A stretch of 64,000 bases of DNA from an uncultured Chlamydiales bacterium. GTDB lineage: Bacteria > Chlamydiota > Chlamydiia > Chlamydiales > Rhabdochlamydiaceae. A model generated the notes under the pieces. That model was not told where the DNA came from and ran no database searches. It saw only the letters and a list, made by a program, of their open reading frames with translations. The stretch spans positions 1,856,001 through 1,920,000 of the forward strand of contig OY969554.1 of NCBI GenBank assembly GCA_963700985.1, written 5' to 3'. Below, piece by piece: positions 1 to 9,500 of the stretch; the first letter of the stretch is position 1; each line of letters begins with the position of its first letter. A program made the position numbers and the translations under genes.

Positions 1-981
1 AAGTGTGAGTTTGGCGCTGCGTATGCCTCTACGGCAGAAGAGGGCATACTTGATTTGAGGGTCTAACTGGGACATGTCGAAAGAGCTCATGGGCATTTTA
101 AGGCAGGGTCTTTCGAGGTAGGGGTTTGAATCAGTCTCTTCTACCTCTCGAATATCGATTAGTTCAAAGAGGCTCGTTTCGAGATCAGAGGCATGCAGCT
201 CCCACGACTCTTTTTCGCAGGGTTGCTGGAGTGAGGGAGCCTCACCACATAGAGGGCAGCTAGGCTTGCGTTCGAAAGAGATAACGCGTTGTGAATAGTA
301 AAGAAGATCCGTAAAGAGGATCTCATGCGCTTGCAGGGTTGGTAGTCCTAGGAAGAACTTAATTGCCTCCATAGCTTGCAAGATTCCAAAGTAGCCGGGT
401 ACAGGACCTAAAACCCCCACTTGTTGACAAGTTCCCACGCATCCTTCTTGAGGAACTTCTTCCCAAAGACAGCGTAGGCAGGCATCTTTTCTGGCCGGCA
501 AATAGGTTTGAATCTGTCCCTCGAATTGGTAGATGCTCGCACGCACAACAGGCTTTTGGGCGAAGTAGGCCGAATCATTGATCAGAAATTTGGTGCGGAA
601 GTTATCGGTGCAATCCAACACGATGTCATAGAGTAAAAAAAGGGAAAGGGCATTTTCGGCAGTTAGGCGATAAGGATAGGAGACAACGTGGATTAGGGGA
701 TTGAGATTTTTCACGCGCTCAGTAGCTAAATCAGCTTTTGATTTACCCACATCTTTTGCGTTATAAATCGGTTGGCGGTGCAGATTGCTCTCTTCGAGTA
801 GATCACCATCGCAAATCCCTAAAGTGCCAATGCCGGCCGCTGCTAGATACAAAAGGGCTGGCGCTCCCAATCCTCCTGCTCCAACAACTAAGCATTTAGC
901 ATTTTGCAGACGCGTCTGGCCTTCGTTTCCAACTTCAGGAAGACGCATTTGTCTAGAATAATAGAGATTAGGGTCTACCAT
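1..981 (-). CDS. moeB: MoeB/ThiF-family E1-like adenylyltransferase with C-terminal rhodanese domain (runs off the window edge)
   Basis: Manual translation from ATG at 981 (overlaps moaD stop, TAATG): YSRQMRLPEVG, VVGAGGLG, SNLHRQ, DCTDNF, CLRC and CPLC Zn motifs, then rhodanese-like LIDIRE...FCRRGIRS. Not in ORF track because there is no stop in the window. Confidence 0.9.
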   Translation of the reverse strand, partial: MVDPNLYYSRQMRLPEVGNEGQTRLQNAKCLVVGAGGLGAPALLYLAAAGIGTLGICDGDLLEESNLHRQPIYNAKDVGKSKADLATERVKNLNPLIHVVSYPYRLTAENALSLFLLYDIVLDCTDNFRTKFLINDSAYFAQKPVVRASIYQFEGQIQTYLPARKDACLRCLWEEVPQEGCVGTCQQVGVLGPVPGYFGILQAMEAIKFFLGLPTLQAHEILFTDLLYYSQRVISFERKPSCPLCGEAPSLQQPCEKESWELHASDLETSLFELIDIREVEETDSNPYLERPCLKMPMSSFDMSQLDPQIKYALFCRRGIRSAKLTL

Positions 982-1226
982 TACCCTCCTGCAACAGGGG
1001 GGATTAGTAAGACGGTGTCTCCCTCATTCAGCGAGGTCTCCCAAGAGGAAATTTTAGAGTTGACCGATGCCTTGACTTGCGACTCTAAGAGCTTAAAGGC
1101 ATGACGCTGTTTAAGCTCTTGATAGAGTTCGCGAACCGTTGCTACCTCAGACTCAACAACCTCTTCAGCAAGGCCTCTTTCTTGTCTGAGCAAGGCGTAA
1201 TAACCCACGCGAATTTTCTTTTTCAT
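981..1226 (-). CDS. moaD: MoaD/ThiS-family sulfur carrier protein
   Basis: 81 aa ubiquitin-like size, ends GDTVLLIPPVAGG (C-terminal Gly-Gly); translationally coupled to moeB. Confidence 0.88.
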   Translation of the reverse strand: MKKKIRVGYYALLRQERGLAEEVVESEVATVRELYQELKQRHAFKLLESQVKASVNSKISSWETSLNEGDTVLLIPPVAGG

Positions 1227-1268
1227 AGCGCTTCTGTAATTATCGTTTATCTTTGCAGAAAACCTCGA

Positions 1269-1547
1269 CTAAGGCTGCAGTGATAGGTATGCTAAGCTAG
1301 CTCCTGCGGCAGCCACCTGTTTCAACTCTGCTTCATTTAACTCATTTACGTTCTTAGGAGCAGCCGGCAGCACAAAAGTAAAATGACCGGCGTCATCTTG
1401 CTGGATACGCACCTCAATATTAGCAGGAACGTCGAAGCCCATTTCTTTTAGAGTCTCTTTGGGCTTAGCAATGAGTTTTTTGCGGAAAGCTGGATCTTTC
1501 CAAGCTTTAGCAATGATTTTAGCTTTCAGATCTTCATTTTTTGCCAT
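1269..1547 (-). CDS. NHLP (nitrile-hydratase-like leader) RiPP precursor peptide
   Basis: Leader IIAKAWKDPAFRKKLIAKPK...FVLP...ELNEAELKQVAAAG is typical of NHLP leaders; short core (G)ASLAYLSLQP; divergent from LanM. Confidence 0.9.
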   Translation of the reverse strand: MAKNEDLKAKIIAKAWKDPAFRKKLIAKPKETLKEMGFDVPANIEVRIQQDDAGHFTFVLPAAPKNVNELNEAELKQVAAAGASLAYLSLQP

Positions 1548-1579
1548 ACTAATTCTCCATTTTGTAATCGTGCATTTAG

Positions 1580-1604
1580 ATTGACAGTTAAGCTATTTGT
1601 CAAT
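1580..1604. promoter_or_regulatory. Inverted repeat ATTGACA-N11-TGTCAAT between divergent precursor and LanM genes
   Basis: 7-bp arms, each containing TTGACA, in the 95-bp intergenic gap; matching -10 boxes are weak. Confidence 0.4.
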
Positions 1605-1642
1605 TTCTATACAGATATTTCTAAAACAGGATAGGTTCAGAG

Positions 1643-4495
1643 ATGTGGCACGAGCTTTTTTTGGACGAAAATGTATCTGGTGAAATACCCCGTGAAGTTT
1701 CTGCTCTGCCCTTTGGAATGGTGGTTTGGCCTTGGGCAGTTGCCATCAGAAGGCAGCTACGCTCTTCGGAAAGCTTATCTAGCATTGCATATGACCAACT
1801 TCAGTTCGCTCTTGCGCAAGATTTAAGCCTATTATGTGCGCCTGCAATGACTATGGAACTTGGGCTCGCGCGTTTAACAGGTCGATTGGAGGGTGAAACT
1901 CCCGAGGAGCGGTTCCAGAATTTCGCACGCCAGAGATTAATGCAAAAAGAGGGCCTGGAAGAATTTTTTGCTGAATATGGCGAGCTTAGGAAATATGTCG
2001 AGTTGGCTGTGCATTTCTGGATTGAGCATGTAAATGAACTGATAGAGCACTTAGAGCAAGACTTGCCTCTACTTCAAGAAAAATTTGGGAAGGGCACTCT
2101 GCTTGGGCAGGTAAGTGAGATAGTTTGTGGCGTTGGAGATAAGCATCAAGAGGGAAGAGAGGTCTTTATTTTGCACTTTGCTGGTGGGCAGAAGTGTATT
2201 TATAAACCCAAAGATCTAAAGATTGTCGCCGCATTTCAAAACCTGCTTGAAATCGCTAATTCGCTAAACCCTTCTATTAAGCTCAAAAATTATCTCGTGT
2301 TGCCGCGAGGAGAGTATGGATGGGAGGAATATGTCCCCGCTTTTGCTTGTCTTAATCAAGCCGAGGTAGAGCGTTATTTTACGCGGTCGGGCATGCTGCT
2401 TTGTCTCTTCTATTTGGCTGGCGGATCAGATGCGCATTTTGAAAATCTAATTGCATCTGGTGAAAATCCCATGCTGATCGATTGTGAAACACTTTTTTTC
2501 GCTAGGATTGCTTATTCCTATTCTCATGGCTCAATACAAAAGCCAAGTGTTTTGAACACAGGTATGCTTCCATTTTTGTACGTAGGTAAGCTCGGGAAAA
2601 AAGGCATAGATATGAGCGCGCTAGGATCGGAATCAGATCAAGTGATTCCGAATCTCTTGCCATATTGGGCTAATATGAATACCGATGAGATGCAGCTCAA
2701 TTATCAAAGTAGTGTTTTGGAAACGAGTAAACAGCAGGTGTTTTTAGCAGGCAAGCCGATTGCTGCTAAAGAATATGTTGAACAGATCGTTCAAGGCTTC
2801 AATGAGATGTACAGTTTGATCGGTAGCAGCAAAGCAGTGATAAGTGCATGGATTGAGGAAGCAGCTGAGCATCCTGTCAGATTCATTGCAAAACCTACCT
2901 TCGTTTATTTTCTGCTGCTGCGAAACTTGCGTCAGCCTCAGGCGCTTTTGCATGTGGAGGAGCGCCAAAAAATCCTCGCTCACCTAGATGAGCTTCTTCA
3001 AGATCAGGAGCGATTCAAGGCGATTCGAAAAGAGGAGGAAAGGGCTCTTTTTAGAGGTGATATTCCTATGTTCCACTCCTTTCCCAAGAAAACTGATCTC
3101 TTCTGCGGCAGCAAACTTATTCTTGAGAATTGCCTGAGCGGCAGCGCTTATGATGCAGTAAAAAAACTGCTTGATCAATGGGGCGAAAAAGACCGGCAGC
3201 TGCAAGCGCGCTTCATACGCGATGCTTTTCTTGTAAAAGAGTTAGCCGTGCATGAGGAGGCAGAGCTGCCTGTTTCTGACGCGCCTTTGATTGTTAATAA
3301 AAATGAAATTTGGGAGAGCATTCTTGCCATTGCTCATGATTTGAAGAAGCGGGCGATTGTCTCAGAAGATGGCTCGCTTAATTGGGTTGGCTTTGAGCCA
3401 AATGCTTTAAGCGATCAATATACGCTTCAGCCGCTCAGTGAAAATCTTTACTCAGGAAAGATTGGCATCGCTCTTTTTTTTGCAGCTTTGGCGGCTGCAG
3501 GTCATCCTCAGTGGGAAGAGGAAGCCCTTAATACTTTAAAGGGGATAAGGCAAATTTTAGCGCAGGAAAAAGAAGCTATTAATCAATTTGCTGGGCTTGG
3601 CGTAGGCGCTATGTCGGGAGCCAGCGGAATTGCTTATGTGCTTTTGTCGGTGGGCCAGATGTTAGACCTGCCCGAGCTTATCGAAGAAGCGCATAGATTT
3701 CTGCTGCTGCTTGATTCTGAAATTATCGAAAAAGATACATTCAATGACGTGATTGGAGGGAGTGCGGGTTTAATTCTCGTTTTACTAGCTGTGTATCGAA
3801 AGGTTTTAGATCCCAAATTGTTAACACTTGCCAGCACGGCAGCGGATAGTTTGTGTAAAAAAGTCGTTGCTATTGAACAGGGAATGGCCTGGCTAAACAA
3901 CAATACCCCAGAGGCACTTCTTGGGTTTTCGCATGGCACTGCCGGATGCGCCTATGCTTTGCTTAAGCTTGCAGAATATGTTCCAAATCCCCAATACCAG
4001 AAAGTTGCAGCGGGAGCTTTAGCTTATGAGCGCAGTTTATTTTCTAAAGATAAGCAAAATTGGCCTCACTTCACACCCATTGGTACAAAAGAAACCGTGG
4101 GCTGGTGTCATGGAGCTACCGGGATTGGACTGAGTCGCCTGGCGCTCAGCAAGATAATGCGGAATTCGAGCATCGAGGAGGAGATCCAAGTTGCGCTTGC
4201 CACCACATTGCGTGAAGCTGAAACACACTTTTCGTGCAATCTATGCTGTGGTTCTCTTGGCCACCTCGAATTTCTCCAAGAAGCCGCAAAAATCCATCCA
4301 CATCCTTTATTGAATGAGGCCATCGAGAAATTGGTCTCAAGAACCGTTGCGCACCATAAGAGAATCAGCAAAAATGGAACCGACGGTGGATTTCATGTGC
4401 CTAGTTTCATGAAAGGCGCAGCAGGTGTTGGCTATACGCTACTACGCCATCTTCATCCCGAAAAAAACTTCCCTCAAGCTCTCCTCCTCACATAA
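1643..4495 (+). CDS. lanM: Class II lanthipeptide synthetase LanM (dehydratase + LanC-like cyclase, CCG type)
   Basis: Dehydratase motifs GDKH..G, YKPK, GWEEYV, DAHFEN, IDCETLF, RFIAKPT, GDIPMF; cyclase motifs LYSG, GFSHG, WCHG, LCCG, MKGAAG. Confidence 0.92.
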   Translation: MWHELFLDENVSGEIPREVSALPFGMVVWPWAVAIRRQLRSSESLSSIAYDQLQFALAQDLSLLCAPAMTMELGLARLTGRLEGETPEERFQNFARQRLMQKEGLEEFFAEYGELRKYVELAVHFWIEHVNELIEHLEQDLPLLQEKFGKGTLLGQVSEIVCGVGDKHQEGREVFILHFAGGQKCIYKPKDLKIVAAFQNLLEIANSLNPSIKLKNYLVLPRGEYGWEEYVPAFACLNQAEVERYFTRSGMLLCLFYLAGGSDAHFENLIASGENPMLIDCETLFFARIAYSYSHGSIQKPSVLNTGMLPFLYVGKLGKKGIDMSALGSESDQVIPNLLPYWANMNTDEMQLNYQSSVLETSKQQVFLAGKPIAAKEYVEQIVQGFNEMYSLIGSSKAVISAWIEEAAEHPVRFIAKPTFVYFLLLRNLRQPQALLHVEERQKILAHLDELLQDQERFKAIRKEEERALFRGDIPMFHSFPKKTDLFCGSKLILENCLSGSAYDAVKKLLDQWGEKDRQLQARFIRDAFLVKELAVHEEAELPVSDAPLIVNKNEIWESILAIAHDLKKRAIVSEDGSLNWVGFEPNALSDQYTLQPLSENLYSGKIGIALFFAALAAAGHPQWEEEALNTLKGIRQILAQEKEAINQFAGLGVGAMSGASGIAYVLLSVGQMLDLPELIEEAHRFLLLLDSEIIEKDTFNDVIGGSAGLILVLLAVYRKVLDPKLLTLASTAADSLCKKVVAIEQGMAWLNNNTPEALLGFSHGTAGCAYALLKLAEYVPNPQYQKVAAGALAYERSLFSKDKQNWPHFTPIGTKETVGWCHGATGIGLSRLALSKIMRNSSIEEEIQVALATTLREAETHFSCNLCCGSLGHLEFLQEAAKIHPHPLLNEAIEKLVSRTVAHHKRISKNGTDGGFHVPSFMKGAAGVGYTLLRHLHPEKNFPQALLLT

Positions 4496-4675
4496 AGATG
4501 GAAGATGAGGTTCTTCAGGAGACACCCAAAGCAACCTAAAAAGATCTCCAGAGAATTTATTGGGACAGGCTCTGGGAAATCCCAGTCTTTCGGTTGTTAA
4601 AATTCTCCCTATTTAGCTAATGTCACTTAAAGAGGATAGAAACCCTAAGGCACGTGTTTAGCAGAGAATAAATGG

Positions 4676-5344
4676 ATGATTATCACATCTCGATCTCACA
4701 ATTTATCTTTGCCTGAGCTAAGGGGAGCACTCTTTTATATAATTGAATTGCAGAAAATTCAAGATACAGAAATCGAACAGGCAAAAGCATATCTTGACAG
4801 TGCAACGCTAGATCGAGCTCAGAAATTCATATTTGATGAAGATCGAAAGAGGAGACTTCTTGTTCATGCTATTTTGAGGTTTCATCTTGAAAAACTAATA
4901 AAGCAAAAAGCTTCCTCGATTAAGATTTTACGTGATGGTATTGGCAAACCTTATCTCGAAGGGCACCCGATTCATTTTAATCTTTCTTATTCCGACCAGT
5001 ATGCTTTTCTAGCATTTCATCCTCATTCTCCCATCGGAGTAGACATCGAACGAATTCAAGATGGTTTGCCTTTTCTAAGAATTGCCGATCTATTCATGCA
5101 TCCTTCTGAAAAGCGACAAATGAATGAAAATAAAAACCCTCGCGACTATTTTTTTACCTTATGGTGTGCCAAAGAAGCTCTTCTCAAAGCTAAGGGGCTT
5201 AATTTTGATGGGTTACGCTATTTACAGCTAGAAAACGCATCTTCATCTCACGATGTCGAGCACTTTTTCTCAATGGATTTTGAAGTTTACGTCTATAAAA
5301 ATAGGGTTATGAGCCATAGAATGGCTACATGTCATGCTTTATGA
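4676..5344 (+). CDS. Sfp-type 4'-phosphopantetheinyl transferase
   Basis: GKPYL, HFNLSYS, IGVDIE, WCAKEALLKA motifs; next to an NRPS. Confidence 0.9.
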   Translation: MIITSRSHNLSLPELRGALFYIIELQKIQDTEIEQAKAYLDSATLDRAQKFIFDEDRKRRLLVHAILRFHLEKLIKQKASSIKILRDGIGKPYLEGHPIHFNLSYSDQYAFLAFHPHSPIGVDIERIQDGLPFLRIADLFMHPSEKRQMNENKNPRDYFFTLWCAKEALLKAKGLNFDGLRYLQLENASSSHDVEHFFSMDFEVYVYKNRVMSHRMATCHAL

Positions 5345-6526
5345 AGGCTCCCTTTCTATTGCTATAGCAATAGCCTCCCCTCCGCCAAGACATGTTACTG
5401 CGATGCCGCGCCGCATGTTTTTTTGTTTCAGGGCATATAATAATGTCACCAAAATTCTAGCTCCTGAAGCCCCAATAGGATGACCTAACACTATAGAACC
5501 ACCGTTAATATTGACTTTATCATTTGAAATATTTAGTTCTTTTATAACGGCGAGTATTGCTACTGCAAATGCTTCATTGATTTCAAATAAATCCACTTCG
5601 TCTTTTTCCCAACCAACCTTCTTGAGCAAGCCGTTGATAGCTCCAATGGGGGCTGTTGTAAACCACGACGGCTGGTGTGCATACGTATAATGGCCGATGA
5701 TTTTTCCTAAAAAATTGAGGCTTCTTTTTTCCGCTTCAGCTTGGTCCATTAATAGTAGCGCTGCAGCTCCATCTGCAAGTGAACTGGAATTAGCTGCTGT
5801 TATGGTGCCCTCTTTGATAAAAGCAGGAGGTAGAGTAGCTATTTTGGAGGGAATTACTTTTTTAAGTCCTTCATCGGTGTGTACGGAAATTTTTTCATTT
5901 AAATCATTTTCAATCGTAATCGGTACTATTTCTTCTAAGACTTCTCCTTTTTGACTCCGTTCAGCTCGTATAGCTGTTTCCAAGGCATAGGCATCTTGCG
6001 CTTCACGGGAGATATGATATTTTGTTGCACATTGTTCTGCCAGATGTCCCATCGACTTACCTTTATCATAAGCATCTTCTAATCCATCTCGCATCATATG
6101 GCTAAAAATTTCTGGCCGCGATGAAGTCGAGCCTGGTCGAGGGGCTATCATTAAATTAGGCGCTCGGCTCATATTTTCCATTCCACCAGCAATGACTATT
6201 TTGTAAGAACCTGCCAGAATTTCGTCATGAGCAATAAGAACGGCTTTCAGTCCAGATCCACAGACTTTATTTATTGTCGTGCAAGGAACGCAATTGGGAA
6301 TGCCACCGGCAATCGCTGCTTGCCTTGCAGGTCCCTGACCCAAACCCGCTGTTAAAACGCAACCCATCAAGACTTCTTCAACATCATTGGGATTTATATT
6401 TGCTCGAGAAATGGCAGCTTGGATCGCTATGCTGCCTAATACAGTAGCCGGCATATTTTTAAAGTAACCGTGTAAACTGCCGATTGGTGTGCGAGCCGCG
6501 CTAACGATAACTATTTTTGTTTTCAT
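5339..6526 (-). CDS. Acetyl-CoA C-acyltransferase (thiolase)
   Basis: TINKVCGSG (catalytic Cys), NEAFA, GHPIGASG, CLGGG; starts 24 bp after the NRPS stop. Confidence 0.93.
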   Translation of the reverse strand: MKTKIVIVSAARTPIGSLHGYFKNMPATVLGSIAIQAAISRANINPNDVEEVLMGCVLTAGLGQGPARQAAIAGGIPNCVPCTTINKVCGSGLKAVLIAHDEILAGSYKIVIAGGMENMSRAPNLMIAPRPGSTSSRPEIFSHMMRDGLEDAYDKGKSMGHLAEQCATKYHISREAQDAYALETAIRAERSQKGEVLEEIVPITIENDLNEKISVHTDEGLKKVIPSKIATLPPAFIKEGTITAANSSSLADGAAALLLMDQAEAEKRSLNFLGKIIGHYTYAHQPSWFTTAPIGAINGLLKKVGWEKDEVDLFEINEAFAVAILAVIKELNISNDKVNINGGSIVLGHPIGASGARILVTLLYALKQKNMRRGIAVTCLGGGEAIAIAIEREPS

Positions 6527-6550
6527 ACACTATTGGAAGGGGGTTGATCC

Positions 6551-9500
6551 TTAAGAGCTCTCATTTAAAAGAGGTGATATTTCGTCTGCAAATTTGGTAA
6601 GTAAGGAATAGTGATTGCCTGATATTTTTTCCACTTGAATGCCTCCCTCAGTATATGGAGACCACATAGTGCGGGCTTCATTTTTTGGTATTTTTTTTAT
6701 GTCGCCAATAGATTCTGAGGCTACTAAAACAAGAAGAGGGCTCTTTATGATATTAGGCAAATGCTCCTTAAGAGATCTCGCATTTAGCTGAACTTGGTAG
6801 ATCCATTGTTTGATTTGATCGATCCCCATCTCTTCATGGATCACTTTTGCTTCTTTAGCCTTACTTAAAAGAAGATGAATTTGTTCGTCTAAGGATAAAG
6901 GCTCTAATTCTTCTTGAGAGATATTTAAGACTATACCGTAACGAGAGGCGACATCTAAGGCAAATTGAGTCAAAACCCAAGCGGAATTATCAAAAGGATA
7001 AAGTTTTTTGCCCAGCCATAAGCTACTATCAATTAAAACAACACGGGCAACATTTTCACCCGCCTTTTCCAATTGGTAAGCCATTTCGTGGGCAATCACT
7101 CCTCCCATGGACCAACCGATAAGTGTATAAGGACCTTTAGGTTGTACTTGTTGCATTGCCCGAATGTAAGTGGCGGCCATCTGTTTTATGGATTCATGCT
7201 TATCGAATATGAAGATCTGTTGAATCCCATAAAAAGGTTGGTTTTTCCCTAAAGAACGACTTAAATCTATGTACCAATACGCATTTCCTCCAATAGGATG
7301 AACGGCAAAATAGGGTGTGTTGCTGCCCTTAGTTTGAATAGATACTATGTGTGATGCTAAGAAATTTTCGTTAGGTTGTTGAATGACTTCCGATAATGCA
7401 GAGATAGTTGGATTTTCAAAAACAATACTGAGAGGAACTTCTATTTGAAACTCATTTTTTATTCGAGATAGCATTTGAATAGCTAATAGGGAGTGTCCTC
7501 CAATATTAAAGAAACTGTCATTGATGCCAAATTCATCTGTTTTTAAAATATCGGACCAAATTTTTGCCAATTGTTTTTCAATTTTAGTTTTAGGCGGTTG
7601 ATGTTGTTTTTGTGTTACTTTATCTTTATGCAGTTCACCTAGTTTTTTCTTGTCTACCTTATTATTAATAGTAAGCGGAACAGTTTCGATAGGGATATAT
7701 ATCTGTGGCAACATGTAATCAGGCAAATGATCTTTTAAAAATTTCCGCAGTTGTGATTCTATTTTTGAAATAGGATTTTGTTCTGGGATGCTTGGGGCCT
7801 GCTTTAATTCATTATCGATGTACCCTCCGAGTATACCACATAAAAATGTTTCATTAGGTGCAATCAATGGTATCGAATGCATTGCTTTACTGCTTATGGC
7901 TGCTAATGGCGAATAGAAACCTATATCGCCTTCTAATCTATTTTCCATGATTTTTTGGATTTGCTCACCGACTTCTCGCAAAACCAATGGATTAGATTCG
8001 CCAATAAAAAAGATTGAAAAGGCAGCTTCATTTAAAAGATCTGCATTAAATCCGTACGCATAAGAATCTAAAACATAAGAAGGGTCTATGATTTCCAGTT
8101 TATTATCTTTCCAAATATATAATCCCTGAATCAAATCATAAAATCGATCGGGCTTTACATAGACAAAAACTTTTGGTGACTTAATGTTTTGAGAGCTTGG
8201 AAAAGTTTTTGAGGAATTGATGTAAAAGACAGATAACAAATGGTGATTTTTATCTAATTTCAATAGATCAAGCCACAGAGCTTCTTCCAAGTCATTTTCA
8301 CCTTCAATACAGCTGTATTTTTTTTCTTCGCAGGCGGATTTTAATAAATGCTGCATGCTGCCCGCCTCCAGTTCACATAATCGCATTGCTAGTGGCCCAT
8401 AAAGTGGGCTAATCGCATTTAGATTGGCAACAAACTCTATTCGTATTTCGTCTACTTGAGTTGGCGTAACTAAAAATAAGCCATGTAAAATTGGATTGTA
8501 GTAATAAACCCCTTCGGCCAGCTTGCAAGGATTCTGTGCAGTTAACCAAACATAAACATTTACAGGGTATAAACGACCGCCGGAAAAATAACGGTAATTC
8601 GGTAAAGCTAGATCTTTAGCGTAGGCTGCGAAAACACTTAACAACTGATCCAGGCCTTCTTCTGTTACGAGGTTGCACCCGACAACTTCTGTATCATCTT
8701 CGATATCGGTTTCTTTGATTGGAATCAGCTCTAGCAATCGAACAAGTTGGCGATGCTTTAACGTCCCTTCAGCAAATTTGCGATAGCGCTTTTGGTAGAA
8801 ATATTTTTCCTCGAAATTGAGAATATTATCTAGAGAACCTATCGGATACATCTTTGTATTAGATGGGAATTGTCTTATGCCTATTTGTTTAAGCCTAAAC
8901 GCATTTTTCTTTTGGAAGTCTCGAATTACTGCTTGACCCAACATTTCGTCTTCTTCTTTAATTCCCTTTGGCAATATATAAGCAACTAATTGACGATATG
9001 CTCCTTCACCAACAGCGTCAACAATGGCTTGTTCAACTGAAGGATTCCGAGATAACTGGTATTCAACTTCCCCTAACTCAACGCGGTGTCCGCTTATCTT
9101 TACCTGAAAATCATCTCTTCCTAGAAATTCGATATTTCCACTAGGCAGATACCGACCTAAATCCCCAGTATTATATAGCCGTTCTTGAGTTAGTGGATGG
9201 AAAATAAAACTGTCTCGAGTCATCTTTTCATCTTTCCAATACCCCTGAGCTAAACCTGAGCCGCCAATATATAATTTCCCTATAACCCAAGATGGTCTTA
9301 CTTCAAGGTTATCATCAAACACCCAAATTTGCTGATTGGATAGCGGCTTGCCGTAAGGGATGCTTTTCCAAGAGTCTTCAATTCGCTTTATAGGATAGTA
9401 AACAGACCAAATTGATGCTTCCGTAGCACCGCCCAAGCTAATGATTTCTATGGGAGAACTGCTTAGTTCATGAATTTTTGGAACGAGTTCCAAAGGAATC

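Noticed and set aside
4562-4573. GGGACAGGCTCT as a possible IS end at the left edge of the NRPS block
   Set aside because: No partner repeat seen near 12.0-12.2 kb and no transposase in the window.
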